From NCBI RefSeq assembly GCF_009914755.1, contig NC_060926.1: a stretch of 64,000 nucleotides of DNA, one strand, 5' to 3'. The translations under genes and the position numbers were made by a program. Below are positions 1-18,365 of this stretch, piece by piece (the stretch's first letter is position 1; each line of letters starts with the position of its first letter). This DNA comes from the human T2T-CHM13v2.0 reference genome, Homo sapiens. The notes under the pieces were generated by a model that worked only from the letters and a program-made list of their open reading frames with translations, did no database searches and was not told where the DNA came from.

Positions 1-142
1 GACCTCCAGCAAACTCCAAAAGACCTGCAGCTGAGGGTCCTGACTGTTAGAAGGAAAAATAACAAACAAAAAGGACATCCACACCAAAACCCCATCTGTA
101 CGTCACCATCATCAAAGAACAAAGGTAGATAAAACCACAAAG

Positions 143-1159
143 ATGGGGAAAAAACAGAGGACAAAAGCCGAAAATTCTAAAAATTAGACCACCTCTCCCC
201 GTCCAAAGGAGCGCAGCTCCTCACCAGCAATGGAACAAAGCTGGATGGAGAATGACTTTGACAAGTTGACAGAAGAAGGCTTCAGAAGATCAAACTTCTC
301 TGAGCTAAGGGAGGAAGTCTGAACCCATCGCAAAGAAGCTAAAAACCTTGAAAAAAGATTAGACAAATGGGTAACTAGAATAACCAATGTAGAGAAGTCC
401 TTAAATGACCTGATGGAGCTGAAAAACATGGCACGAGAACTACGTGACGAATACACAAGCTTCAGTAGCCGATTTGATCAACTGGAAGAAAGGGTATCAG
501 TGATTGAAGATCAAATTAATGAAATGAAGTGAGAAGAGAAGTTTAGAGAAAAAAGAGTAAAAAGAAATGAACAAAGCCTCCAAGAAATATGGGACTATGT
601 GAAAACACCAAATCTACATCTGATTGGTGTACCTGAAAGTGACGGGGAGAATGGAACCAAGTTGGAAAACACTCTGCAGGGTATTATCCAGGAGAACTTC
701 CCCAACCTAGCAAGGCAGGCCAACATTCAAATTCAGGAAATAGAGAGAACACCACAAAGAGACTCCTCGAGAAGAGCAGCTCCAAGACACATAATTGTCA
801 GATTCACCAAAGTTGAAATGAAGGAAAAAATGTTAAGGGCAGCCAGAGAGAAAGGTCGGGTTACCCATAAAGGGAAGCCCATCAGACTAACAGTGGATCT
901 CTTGGCAGAAACTCTACAAGACAGAAGAGAGTGGAGACCAATATTCAACATTCTTAAAGAAAAGAATTTTCAACCCAGAATTTCATATCCAGCCAAACTG
1001 AGCTTCCTAAGTGAAGGAGAAATAAAGACCTTTATAGACAAGCAAATGCTGAGAGATTTTGTCACCACTAGGCCTGCCCTACAGGAGCTCTTGAAGGAAG
1101 CACTAAACATGGAAAGGAACAACTGGTATCAGCCACTGCAAAAACATGCCAAACTGTAA
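143..1159 (+). pseudogene. L1 ORF1p (RNA-binding chaperone), 338-codon frame with premature stops
   Basis: MGKKQ...NWYQPLQKHAKL* in one frame of 1017 nt. In-frame stops TAG 185-187, TGA ~320-322 and TGA ~530-532 (the last two at CGA codons). Confidence 0.95.
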
Positions 1160-1222
1160 AGACCATAAATGCTAGGAAGAAATGGCATCAACTAATGAGC
1201 AAAATAACCAGCCAACATCATA

Positions 1223-5410
<4,188 letters not shown>

Positions 5411-5615
5411 CAATGAGAACATTTGGACACAGGAAGGGGAACATCACACACCGGGGCCTGTCATGGGGTGGGGAGATGGGGGAGGGATACCATTAGGAGA
5501 TATACCTAATGTAAATGAGGAGTTAAAGAGTGCAGCACACCAACATGGCGCCTGTATACATATGTAACAAACCTGTACATTGTGCACACGTACCCTAAAA
5601 CTTAAAGTATGATAA

Positions 5616-5646
<31 letters not shown>

Positions 5647-5828
5647 AATAAAAAAGTAAATAAAAAATATTTTGGAATAGATACTCTTAATTGAGGTCAC
5701 TTAAAAGTAATTGTAGAATTGCTTAGTCTGTAGGAGTGAAAAGAGAAGTCACAGGTATGGTGTCGAAGTTCCCATTGAGGACCAGAAGACAATAACCTCT
5801 ACCAAGTAAATATTAAAGAGGATATGGA

Positions 5829-6207
<379 letters not shown>

Positions 6208-6370
6208 TCAATACCCATTTAAATATCCATGATAACAGTCATTAAAATTTGTCATTGTGAAAACAATATTGTAAAGAGTGGTGATGGATATGGGTGGGAA
6301 CTGTTATGTGGATTATGTGCACCTGCAAAATGGGTCCCAAACACCACATCAGATTGCAGATTGTTTCTTT

Positions 6371-6712
<342 letters not shown>

Positions 6713-7053
6713 TAAAAAAATCTATATCTGTCAAAGTTATGAAATAGTATTATTTGTATTAGATATGCTCATTGTGAGTAGCCATCAGAATCTATTCTGT
6801 TTTTCAATATTACAAATTTTCATCTTTTCTTTATGCAAATAGCATATGAGACATAATCTGCTTTTCACAAAAGTCTACATGTATATTAATTGAATAAGAT
6901 GTAGAAATGACTGCTTTTCTACAGATCTCCATTCACGTGTCAACAAACTTGAAGTGAGACTAAATATACTAACTTAAATGGAATCTTAACTGTGCTGACT
7001 GCAGTCTCACTCCAGCTTTCGTCTTCCTCCTACTACTCTTCTCACTTGTCAAT

Positions 7054-7055
<2 letters not shown>

Positions 7056-7084
<29 letters not shown>

Positions 7085-7352
7085 GAGATGGAGTCTCACT
7101 CTGTTGCCAGGCTGGTGCAATCTCGGCTCACTGCAATCTCCAGCTCCCTGGTTTAAGCGATTCTCCTGCTTCAGCCTCCTGAGTAGCTGAGATTAAAGGC
7201 ATGCACCACCATGCTCAACTAATTTTGTATTTTTAGTACAGAGGGGGTTTCACCATGTTGGCCAGGATGGTATCAATCTCCTGATCTCATGATCTGCCCG
7301 CCTTGGCTTCCCAAAATGTTGGGATTACAGGAGTGAGCCACCGCTCCCAGCC
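7056..7352 (-). mobile_element. AluSc-like with small internal deletion
   Basis: Poly-T, then antisense Alu (GTTGCCAGGC, GGATGG). TSD TCAATTCTTT on both sides. Confidence 0.92.
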
Positions 7353-7464
7353 CTCAATTCTTTAAAACAGAAAATTCAGCATCTCAGATGGAATCAATTG
7401 AGCTGTTAGTTTAATTTTGAGAATCTCAGATCAAGCTGATGAAAAGGACATAATGAACACATTT

Positions 7465-7692
7465 TAAGAAGACACTGGCTATGAAACCAGACTGGCCTGT
7501 GTATAATGTCATCTCCACCATTTACTACATCTGTGAGCAAGTTAAATATCTTAAGTGTTAGTGTCCTTATGTGTTAAAAGAAAAAACAAAAAAGGATTGT
7601 AGTACCTAGCTCACTGAGTTATTGTGAAAATTGAATAAAATAAACTATACAAATTATTTATCATGCTGTCTAATACAATGGAAGTGCTCACA
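7465..7692 (+). mobile_element. MIR
   Basis: Degenerate MIR core (ACCATTTACTA...GAGCAAGTTA...GTACCTAGCTCA...GTTATTGTGA). Confidence 0.6.
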
Positions 7693-7899
7693 TGCATACA
7701 CAGGAGACTTATCAAATAGTAAAATTAAATTAATAATATTCTCTTGGCCTGCCATTTTTAAAAAATTTAGTTTTGTTAACTTTTTGCATCCAAACCAGGA
7801 AGTTAGGTATCAAATCTAATAATTTTTACCATTTTACTTTACAAAGAGTAATAAAATGATCTAACAATAATGTGTTCCACCAGAATAGAAACAGATGAT

Positions 7900-8340
7900 T
7901 TAGAACAAGAAAAAAATATTTTTAAGAAATTTATATTAGCATAAGAATAAACAGGTCCTTGAATTTCAAAAATGTGTATATCATATAAACTCACCTGTAT
8001 GATATTTAACAGATTATAAATGTTATCTTAAATAGTTTGAAGGACATACAGATATTTAATAAATAATCTGATGATGACTGGCTAGTCATTTAAAGAAAAG
8101 TGATGATTCCTACTTCACTAAAGGCAAATAAATTTCAGATGTTAAAATGTAGTGCCTAAAAAGCAAAACCATTTAAATACTAGAAAAATATAAATGTATA
8201 TTTTTACAGTCCTAAGATTTTATCACCACTGAAAGCATGATAGCAAACCCAGCAACCATAGGGAAAAAAAATGACAGAATTGAGAACATAATAATTTAAA
8301 ATTTAGGGATGGCAAAAACAAACGTAAAAATTAAAACAAA
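7900..8340 (+). mobile_element. Old L1M (L1ME-like) ORF2 3' fragment
   Basis: Degenerate L1 wording (GATTCCTACTTCACTA, AAATAAATTTCAGATG, AAAACCATTTAAATACTAGAAAAA). Confidence 0.55.
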
Positions 8341-8659
8341 ACCTAATAAAATCAACGAAATAAACAAAAAGCCATAAATAGGTTAAATATAGGAACTATC
8401 ATAGCAAAATCGTATGCGTTTTTCTCATACAATCATAGGGGTTAAAGGATTTAATTCAGAGAGAGGTGGTATCAGTTGTGGCTTGATTACTATTTGCCAG
8501 ATGATCCCTTGAATGGCCCTTGAATGCCCTCCCTCAGGAGTAGGAGCTATTAAAGACCACTAAAGCTGGAGGTGACTTTAAAGATCATTCTGGTCCCCTC
8601 TTTGCATTTTACAGACATGATAACTAAGACTTGTTGAAGTTAAATCACTGTAGCCATAA

Positions 8660-9120
8660 TAGAGATATGTATAAGACACAATAGGAGCAGAAAAATCTTT
8701 CCCTGCCTGGAGAACAAGAAGGTCAAAAGAATCTTTCCTGGGAAAGAAGCATTGTAGCTGAATGTAGAAGTAATTCCCCAGAAGGAAAGGAGATTCCAGA
8801 TTAGAAAGAAAAGAAAAATAACAAAAACCAAAACTATTATTTACAAAGGCCTGAAGCATACCTGAGACAGGTATGTCTAGCATATTATAAATGATTAGGC
8901 ATAACCAGAGTTTATAGGGTATTAGTGGTGTTACACAAAGTTTAAAATATGGGCAGTGTACTAAATACATGGATGCCATGCTAAATAATTTTGACTCTGT
9001 CCTACAGATGATGAGGAACCTAGAAATCTTTTACAGTAGGCAACACATCAGGCTTGTGTTTTAGAAAGGAACTGTGGCTGCTTGAAGGATGGAAAAGAGT
9101 GAAGAATTTAGAGATTAAAA
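8660..9120 (-). mobile_element. L2 fragment
   Basis: Purine-rich antisense L2 wording (GCCATGCTAAATAATTTTGACTCTGTCCT, ATCAGGCTTGTGTTTTAGAAAG). Confidence 0.55.
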
Positions 9121-9635
9121 ACAGCCCACCCCTTTCAAGATCCTGCTGCAATACTCCACTCGGCCTTCTGGGTTCTCTCTTGGCAGAGTCTTCCTTCTCT
9201 TTTTCTTCTTTGCACTTTTGGTAGGATTATATTTTTTCATACATTCATTATACCTACATATATGAGTTTCTAAGACAAAAAGAGGTACAGTCAAATAAAT
9301 GGGTGGGCAAGCAGTGTTTACTTTCGCAAACTAGAGAACAAAAGAACACTGTAGGTAAACTGTCATTTGAAATAGGCATTGACACATAGGAAGGATTTGA
9401 GTACAAAGCGATTTGGTAGAGAAAGAAAAAGGAGAAAGGAGGATAGCATAAAGAAAGGTATTGAGACCAGAACAAGTAACTATAATTTCTTAATATCAAA
9501 CATCGTGTCAGTATTAAAATTTCTGATTTTGTAATTGTTGTTAACAGTTTAGAGAAACAAACATTGTGATTGACTGAAGTTTCTAATTAACTCTTGTTTA
9601 AACTATAGGTTCCACCACCATAACAACATCTTTAT

Positions 9636-9636
<1 letters not shown>

Positions 9637-9671
<35 letters not shown>

Positions 9672-9687
9672 GTGTGTGTGTGTGTGT
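9637..9687. repeat. (GT)17 T (GT)8 microsatellite
   Basis: Read directly. Confidence 0.95.
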
Positions 9688-9978
9688 TTTCTGACTTTCA
9701 TTGACATGATAGAAGATAGTTCACTCAATCATCTAAATGGTTTTACTAATCACCCCTACTAGACAAAGCACAAGAAAGTAGTTTCTCAACAGGCCTTTAG
9801 ATACAAGCATTTATTTGTTGAATATATTCAAAGAGACGTGTTTAGACAACCCCTTCCTGGAAGTTAGTTTGCCGCTAATTACTCTCTAGTATGAATAGAA
9901 AATTATGTAAATTTGGTGAAAGAATGTTCTCCTTTGTGAAATAAAGCACTTTCATTTTTGTGTATAAATCTTTGACCA

Positions 9979-10040
9979 TATTAAGGTGAACCATGCAAAA
10001 TTGCCTACAAAAAGAGCAAATTCAGTGGCTCAACTCAATA
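9979..10040. mobile_element. MADE2-like mariner MITE
   Basis: TA-flanked imperfect TIRs TATTAAGGTGAACCATGCAAAATTGC and GCAAATTCAGTGGCTCAACTCAATA resemble the MADE2 TIR TATTAGGTTGAACCATATGAAATTGCC. Confidence 0.65.
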
Positions 10041-10974
10041 GAAATGAAGATGAGTTTATTTCCCGGTGATTTAATGTAAACAATAGTATTTATAATATCT
10101 AACATATTGGATATGACAAATACCCATGTATTATTAATCAAACATATTTATAAATGTCTAAGTTAATATCCAGATTACTTTACTTTTCAAAAGCAGATCA
10201 CTGTCTTAGTTTGTACATAATTCTCCCATTCAATTTCAAATTTGTTCTTAGAAGGCAACTGGAAATATTTGGCAAGATATTAGAAACGGAGAGGAAGTGG
10301 AAACTGTGTGAAAATGTCTATAATGACTTAAACAGATTACATGTCATTAAGATCCCTCTGGGATATCAAGGTCAAAGTGAGTGAAGGTATTCACTGCTCA
10401 TCAGTGAAAGTCAGGGAACGGAGTACAGTCACTTTCTAAACACTATTTCCCAACCCCATAGAGCTAGGATTAATTTACAGAATTTAATGCTTAGTTGAAA
10501 TAGAAATGTGCTTGTTCTCAGTGAAGCGATGGTGAAGGTGCCTGTAACAATTGTAGTTCTGAACCGGAATTATTTAATAAGTAGTCTGGTTGAAAGCAGT
10601 TGGTCTCCCAGGAATATTAGGTAATTTTCTCTCAATTTGAGTTAAATATCATGCCAGAAAAAGAATCTTATTGACTAGTCACAAAGTGACTGCTGGACAG
10701 TTTTCTCTCTACCTTAATGAAAGCCACAGAGAAATACTAGGGTTGAAAGTGGCCACTATTACTCATTCGATTAGGCCTCGAAAGACTCTTACTCTGGGAT
10801 GTGGAGCAACAGGAGTAAATTTAAAGTCCTCTGGCTGGCTCTAACTTGTGTCCTAAACTCCTCAAAAATAATATAAAGATTAAGAGGGTTTTCAAAAAGT
10901 ATAATGACTTGATGACTTTCCATAGCCACTTAACAAACCATAACCTCAAAAGTCTTACCTAGGAAAAAATAAAA

Positions 10975-12966
10975 TGGTTTTGTTTTAATAGTCTCAAATA
11001 TCAAAATTAAGTCTTTCTGACCTCAGTCAAACTTTTGGACATTTTGTAAGGACCCCGGGAAGTACAAAAGAGAAATATTGGGCTAATTAGGCTTATCCGA
11101 TATGATGAATTCTAAAAGAAACATTGTCAAAGTAAGAAATGATGTTTGAAACTTCTTGGAGTTATATTTATATGAATATGTTATTAATATGTGTTTCAGA
11201 ATTATATAAAGTTCCTAGAAATCTGATATGTTTTAGTGTAAATGCTATCCATCATAATTGTGGTTATTTTAAATTGTTTTATGCTACAGAAATAACCAAA
11301 TTTCCTTGTCAATTGTGTAACTCTCTTATCAGATCCTTAGCCATGGCCATTGGAATTCTTGATGTCCACAGGTAATTGCTTTAATCTAACGCGTTTCTAA
11401 AAGCTTCTTGCCAGCAATTACAATCCTAAAGTATTATGACTTTAAGGAGATTCATGGAAAGCATGAAAAGAACTCTGACAAGTACAGGTTTCCAATAGCT
11501 ATGAGTTCATTCCATTGGAATGAATTTTCAAAAGTCTAATAAAGAAACTGATGGGTTTGTGAAACTGCTAACCAATATCAAACAAAGCAAGAATTAATTA
11601 CATTAGACTGAATGAACTGATAAGAAAGAATTATGGTTTTTATAATAGCTTTTATATTTGAAACATTACTGGTTCTTTCATTGTTTTGTTTTGAGGTTTA
11701 AGGAAACATTTTTCATTAAAGCTATCTATAGTTTACAGCAATTTGGTATAGCACACCTTTATAAACAAAAATGGAAACATTTAATTTTCTTCTTTACCTG
11801 ATCCCTTCAGAAACTATTCACAAATATTTTTATTTTCATGACATTATGGTTATATGCATAAGTTCAGTAAGAAATTTCCAACAAAGCAAATTTAAATAGA
11901 GCCTATACGTGTATTTGTGCTGCACTTATGTAAATAATCAGGCGAACTGGTCTTCCCATGATTATCTTTGGTAGAAATGAGAGTGATGATAGAGAAAAAA
12001 ATATGTTTCAAAAGAAATCTAAAGTAAACCTGTCATTAGATTGTAGACTTATTCACTGTTTTTGAGTTTTTATTATCTACCTATAGATTAAGTTAGATCC
12101 TGAATTCTTCTAATTTTGTCCAATATCTGGTTACAACTCTATAACAAAAACAAAAATTACTGTTCCTGAAGTCCTACAGGCCAAAACTGGACAGCATTAT
12201 GTAAACTTCAAGGTACAAATCTCATACCTGATTCATTGGTCACACAGAGAGTTTACCAAAAATGTCAGATGTCACAACCAGAGACGTTCAATCTACAAAT
12301 CCAGGACAAGAAGTTGCTGACTTCATGCTGTGGATATCTTTTCTCAGCATTGTCAGAACAAGACTCCCTATTGTAATGAGACATCCCTCCTCTTAATTTT
12401 CTCTTTACTTATCCCTACCTCTTTCAGTTGACAGAATAACACTGTCTTTAAGATTTCACAATAAGTAGTTCCTGCGGGTAACTTGCAAATTGTCATGCCC
12501 ATTCCTAAAATGCTAGATGATAGAATTGCTACCTACTAACTGAACAGAGAGGAATCTACACAATCAATGACACTTGTACAAAAATAAATACATTGGGTAC
12601 TATATAGACTTAGATGCAAAAACGAATGAACAGACTACTTAGTTAAAATGGATAGACTTCTTGCCTATCTCATTTTTTATTTGATTTTAATTGGTTCAGT
12701 TCATGGGGAGCCTGGCTGAGGAATAAACTCCAAACTCTTAGTATTATTCCCATGATAGTCACAGTAGTTTCTCTGGTGTGTTGTATCCTTTCTAAAAGTT
12801 TTCAATGTTTGTATGCAGCCATCTGTCTAACATCAAATGGTCTCTGTCCAGCCAGAACCACAAAAACTCAAAGACACAGGTGATAATGAGTAGGACACTG
12901 TAACCTATAAATGGCAACTGAGAGTAATACTGATGCTCTAAGTGCTGGTCACAAAAAGAAGGGAAT
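10975..12966 (+). mobile_element. ERV1 internal region (MER34/MER4-group -int), 5'-truncated, with env TM remnant
   Basis: AT-rich MER4-group internal wording; env-like peptide at 12510-12797; polypurine tract AAAAAGAAGGGAAT directly before the LTR. Confidence 0.8.
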
Positions 12967-13493
12967 TGTTAAATAAAAATCATAGGAGACCATTGTTTTG
13001 GACTCAGTTTTTGCACTAGTTCCCAACACAGCCGACTAAAAACAAATGGAGTCATCCATGCTAAAGTTCCAAATCCACTAAACCTAAACTAATTTGTTGT
13101 CTGGCCTTCCAAGAAATCAGGAAAGATAACAGCCAATTTCCCAAACAGGCCAGTTTAAATCTTCAGTTGGCATAATAATGAAGTTTCCTCTGCTTGAATT
13201 CTTACACACCAAAAGCTACCCTGAAGTAACCTGATGTTAACCAATCAATTACTTTCCTATGGCTCTGTCTCTCTGTACCTGCCTTACAAGAAAAGTAGCT
13301 TTAAAAAACTAATACGCTCTTTGTTCTTTGTCTCTGCTTTCTTCAGACCCTCTCTGTCTGCGAAGCAAATCATCTCTGCTCATTGGAATACTGATTCTAT
13401 TTCATGGAATGAACTGTTGTCCAATTTTAGAATCACAAATAAAGCCAACTGAGGTATTTAAGCTAAATTTGTTGTAATTTTGTGTTTTGACCA
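12967..13493 (+). mobile_element. ERV1 3' LTR, MER34/MER39 class
   Basis: Starts TGTTAAATAAAAATCATAGGAGACCATTGTTTTGGACT, contains AATAAA, ends TTTGTTGTAATTTTGTGTTTTGACCA, preceded by a PPT. Confidence 0.85.
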
Positions 13494-13599
13494 TAGGGAT
13501 AGCAATTGGTAAATAAGGAAGGGAAAGTATCTATACATTTTTTATCTAAGAACGTAAATATGAATGAATGAATTTGGAACTCAGGTTTGCTGATAGTCT

Positions 13600-13795
13600 C
13601 ATAAAGGGGAGCCCCCCATACATGCTCTCTTGCCTGCCACCATGTAAGACATCACTTTGCTCTTTCTTCATCTTCCACCATGATTGTGAGGCCTCCCCAG
13701 CCAGGTGAAACTGTGAGTCCATTAACTCTCTTTCTTTTATAAATTACCCAGTCTGAGGTATGTCTTTATTAGCAGTGTGAGAAAAAATTAATACA
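13600..13795 (+). mobile_element. THE1 LTR, 3' half only (ERVL-MaLR)
   Basis: CCATGATTGTGAGGCCTCCCCAGCC...CTGTGAGTCCATTAA...AATTACCCAGTC...TAATACA. Confidence 0.88.
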
Positions 13796-15430
13796 CTTAT
13801 GAATACAGATGTAAAAATTCTAACAAAATATTAGCAAGCCAAATCCAACAATCTATAAATAGGATCACACACCATGACCAAGTGTGATTGATCCCAGGAA
13901 CACAAGGTTGGTTTAACATTCAAAAATCAATGAATGTAATTCATCACATTAATAAAAAATCAATATGGTCATCTCAATTGGTACAGAAAGAGCATTTAAG
14001 AAAAATCCAACATCATTATAAAAAAATTAAATGAACTAGGATTAGAGTGAAACTAACAACCTGAAACGGACATCTATAAAAAACCCACAGCTAACATCAT
14101 ACTTAATGATGAAAGACTTAATGCTTCCCCACTCCCGATCAGGAACAAGGCAAATATGTTTACACCTTCTGCTTCTATTAAATATTGTACTGGAGGTTCT
14201 AATTAGAGCCATTAAGTTTATTTTTAAAAGGTGTTCGGTTTAAACATTCAGATTGGAATGAAGAAGAAAAGTTTCTCTATCTGTAGATGAAATGATCTTA
14301 TATAAACATTTTACGAAATACACAAAAAAACTATTAGAATTAGCACAAGTTCAGCAAGATTGCAGAACATAAGACAATATAACAAATAAACTGTATTTCT
14401 TTATACAAGCAATGAAATTCCAAAAATAAAATTAAGAAAACAATTCGATTTACACTAGCATCAAAAGAATTACTTAAGGCTGGGTATGGTGGCTCCTGTC
14501 TATTATTCCAGCACTTTGGGAGGCTGAGGTGAGAGGATCACTTGAGGCTGGAAACTTGAGACCAGCCTGGGCAACATAGTAAGAACCATGTCTTAAAAAA
14601 AAGAAAAAAGAAAAAAGCCAAGCATGTGTCTGTAGTCTAGCTACTTGGGAAGCTGAGGTGGGAGGAGCTGCTGAGCCCATCAGTTCAAGGTTGCAGTGAG
14701 CTACGACTGTACCACTGTACTCTAGCCTGGCTGACAGAGTAAGACCTTGTCTCTTAAAGAAAAAATGAAAATAATTTTTTAAAAAGTACAAGACTTCTGC
14801 ATTAAAAACTTACTATATATTATTGAAAGAAATTAAAGATCTAAGTAAATGAAAAGATATCTTATTTTCCCAAATTAAAGGCATATGTTTTTTAAAGTAT
14901 CAATACTTCTTAAATTGATCTACACTCTCAATGCAATCCTTATAAAAATCTCCGATGGCTTTCTAGCAGAAATTGACAAGCTGATGTTAAAATTCACACT
15001 GAAATTCAAGAAATACAGAATAGTCAAAACAGTCTTTATAAAGAACAATTTGGAGGATTCATACTTTCTGGTTTCACAGCTTGTGATAATTAAGACAATG
15101 TGGTAGTGTCATAAGATAATACACATATAAATCAATTGAATAGATTTAAGAGTTCAAAAATAAACCCATAATTGATATTTGGTCAATTGACTTTTGGCCA
15201 GGGAATCAAGACTGTTCAATGGAGAAAAACTAGTTCTTCCAACAAATAGTATGGGGATAACTGTAATGTACACACAAAAGAATTAGTTTGGATCTCTGTC
15301 TTACACCATACACAGAAAATTAACTCCAAGTGGATCAAAGACATAAATATAAAAGCTCAAACTATAAAACAGAAAAAAGGAAAGTAGATCTTCATGACTT
15401 TGGGTGAAGCTTTGGTTTCTTTCTTTAAAT
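13796..15430 (+). mobile_element. Old L1M (L1MB/MC-like) ORF2 RT region, interrupted by an AluJ
   Basis: Diverged RT wording (ACCATGACCAAGTG, GGTTGGTTTAACATTCAAAAATCAAT, AAACCCACAGCTAACATCATACTTAATG). ORF 14885-15106 is L1-like. Confidence 0.88.
14478..14770 (+). mobile_element. AluJ
   Basis: Dimeric Alu with J features (GGAGGATCACTTGAG, GGGCAACATAGTAAG). Confidence 0.9.
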
Positions 15431-16509
15431 ACATTTAGTTTTAAAATTGAATTTGAATTTCCTTTTTCAAATTTAAGAATCAGATTGCCATTTCACACTT
15501 CTTTTTTTAATGTAAGCATATCTGAAATGTCCCCGTTTTCTCTAACGGGAACACATTATTTTCATTCTTATTATGTTTTAAAATTTTGTTTTCAAAATTA
15601 TATTTATTTCTGGCTTTGATTAAATGATAGACAAAGTAACAACAACAATTCAGTATCGTAATTTGACTCTGGCATTAAGAAACTGCACTCTTGAACAAGT
15701 CACTTCCCTCAATGTCTCTGCACTGCATTGAAGAGGGGGGTGTTACAAAATAATACTCACTAGATATACTTTCTTTGGGAATCTGTAACTTTGACTATCA
15801 TGTTGACCATCTATTGGCAGATATAAAGCACTTGATATAAAAATATTTTTAACAAACATCTATCTGATCTGGTCCATACCTATATTTCTAAGTTAAAGCT
15901 GACTGTTTTATGTGCATAAACAAATTAAAGCAGACAGAAGAAATGAAAAAAAAAACCCACTCAGAAACACAGTTTAAATCAATATTCATTGATTTCTGGG
16001 ACACTATATGCAAAGAGCAATAAACAGAGGCAGATTCTAAAGGAGGTGGCCACAGACACTAATCAAAGACATAATACATTTACAGGGTAATGCAGCCTAA
16101 GGTTTTTCAAGAATATTTGAATAATCAGGTGGTAGCAAGTTCATGAATGTACTTTTTGAGTACAAAAGACAATAATCTTCTATCACCATTGAAATCATTA
16201 AAAGCTATAAACTACTGCATTAAAGCGTGTAGTTTTACATAATGTTCAATCAAAATATTTATTCACGAGAAAGAATACTTTAACAACAGATGTACAAAGT
16301 ATCTCATTTGTCTTTTTGGTTTTTGTCATGACAGCAGTTTGCAGTTGTTATAAAGCTATTACGATGAAACATACAACATTTGAAGTAATTGTCTACATTG
16401 GCTAAATATTCTTTCCCAGTAATGTGATTCATAGCTGGAAAGATACATCTACTTCTCTAGTCTAGGCAAGTAATTTCACTTGATTGGAGTCTGTTAATAA
16501 AGACAATAG

Positions 16510-16720
16510 ATGTCTACTGCAGTCTTACTATGTGCCAGTCTTGACAGTTGCTTTTTATCAATTGTTGTGTTTAATCCTCTCAACACATCATGAGGTATGT
16601 ATTGGTATTTGAATTGTACAGAAGAAGAAACTGAGGCTCAGGGAAATGAAATACACTTCCATAGTCGTACAGGTAGCAAAAAGCAAGGCTATATTTTAAT
16701 TATTCCTGCTCCAAATGTTG
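16510..16720 (-). mobile_element. MIR
   Basis: TTTAATCCTCTCAACA...ACAGAAGAAGAAACTGAGGCTCAG, the antisense MIR core. Confidence 0.7.
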
Positions 16721-17331
16721 CTTTGTCCATAGTATTTTTCTAGGCAGTAATTTCCAAATGTGTGTATTCAGGTCAAGGGACAGTGAATGGTTGAGCACAG
16801 AAGTTACAACTCTAGTCTAACTCTACTAAACTTGATGGATAAGTCATCCTCACCTGGGATTAAGAGGATGGAACTATTTCTAGTTTTATAATTGATTAGA
16901 CAAATCTTAGGCAAATCTTCAGCTAATTCATTGAAACAGTCCAACTCATCCTACTTTAGATATCATGGTAGCAGGGTGAGTGACAGGTAGTAGCGTAGAA
17001 TGATGATAGTTTTCCGTATTCGAATGTCTAAATTCACAAATCCTTAAAATTTAATCTCTCTGCATCCACAACATGATCCCTCTCTCTGACAGCTCCACCT
17101 GTTACAGCATAAAATAGAACTTTCAAGTATAAAAAAGACAGAGGGGACAGCTCTGGGATGAATTCCCTGGAGAAAGATGTATACTTGCCAAAGCAAGAAA
17201 GAGGGCTGGGCAGTAAGAATTCACTCACATTATTAGAATATTGGAGAACTGTTTTCGATCTACTCGTCAAATCTCATTACAATAAACTGTAGAGCTTTTA
17301 ATGAACTCCCACTGATACTCAGTTTTAGTCC

Positions 17332-18060
17332 TTATTCATTCACTTAGCCATTTAAATCAATAGATATTTAGTCAGTGGCTACTATATGCTCAGCCTTGGC
17401 TAGGTATTGGAGATACACAGATGAGGAAAAAGTAAGCCCCTGTTTCATGGAGCTTGAGATTATTAGGAGAAATGGGATTTAATCAGATAATTATGCAAAT
17501 GAGTGAGTATCTGGAAGTTGAGATTAATGCTAAGAAACAAAGAAATATTGTTTCATGAAAGCACACATCAAACAACAACAACAACAACAACAACTGGACT
17601 GAGGCTTGAGAAAAGCTTGCTTGAGAAAACAGTGCCTGAACTGAGCTTACAATTAAGTAGAAATTGATTAGACAAAAGTAGGAAAATGGGAAATTTTCCA
17701 AGCAGGCAGAGAACCAGTATGGAGGCCTGGAGGTGGAAGGAAGGAAGGAAGAGAGAACACTGAAAATGTGGGACATCAGTATTAGAAAAGCTAGAAAGGA
17801 AAGCTGGAGCCAAGCTGCAGAAGAAATTGTAGATCACGTTCAAGTCTATATGAAAGATACTCATCTTTATCTTGAGAATAACTGGAGGTCACTTCAGGAT
17901 TTAAAGATGCATTTGTGTCATGGGTAGAGGAGGATGATAGGTTTGCATTTAAAATTTCCCAATTACTATACAAGGAAGACATAGCTAGAATGGAGGCAGA
18001 AAGTGAAGTTATGAGACTAATTAATCCATTGGTGAAAGTTAATTGTATATTTAATAAGGG
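17332..18060 (-). mobile_element. L2 3' portion with internal (CAA)n
   Basis: ATTCATTCAC...CTACTATATGC...CTAGGTATTGGAGATACA...CCCTGTTTCATGGAGCTT, the antisense L2 3' end. Confidence 0.7.
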
Positions 18061-18169
18061 TCTTGACAGTGATTCTATGAGGCTGTATATATACAATATT
18101 CACACACCATTGTGGCCAGAACAATATATAAAACAAAAGCAGCCCAGGTAGCTAGTCACCCTGCAGGGA

Positions 18170-18365
18170 GTGAGTCAGAGGATAAACACTAGTTCTCATT
18201 CACCTGATAGTGTCTCCCATTGGCTAAATACAACTGAAAGTCAGAAAACCAGGAGTCTTCTTGATGCAGTGCACACAGGAAAATTTCTTGGTGCACAGAG
18301 CAGGGTGAAGAAGAGTGATGAGTGGATCTGGGCGGGAGGCAGGTTCAGTGAGAGACAAACAATAT
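18170..18365 (-). mobile_element. ERVL LTR33/LTR41-like fragment
   Basis: CCCATTGGCT...GATGCAGT...GCACAGAGCAGGGTGAAGAAGAGTGATGAGTGGATCTGG matches the reverse complement of the LTR33/41 5' end. Confidence 0.6.
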
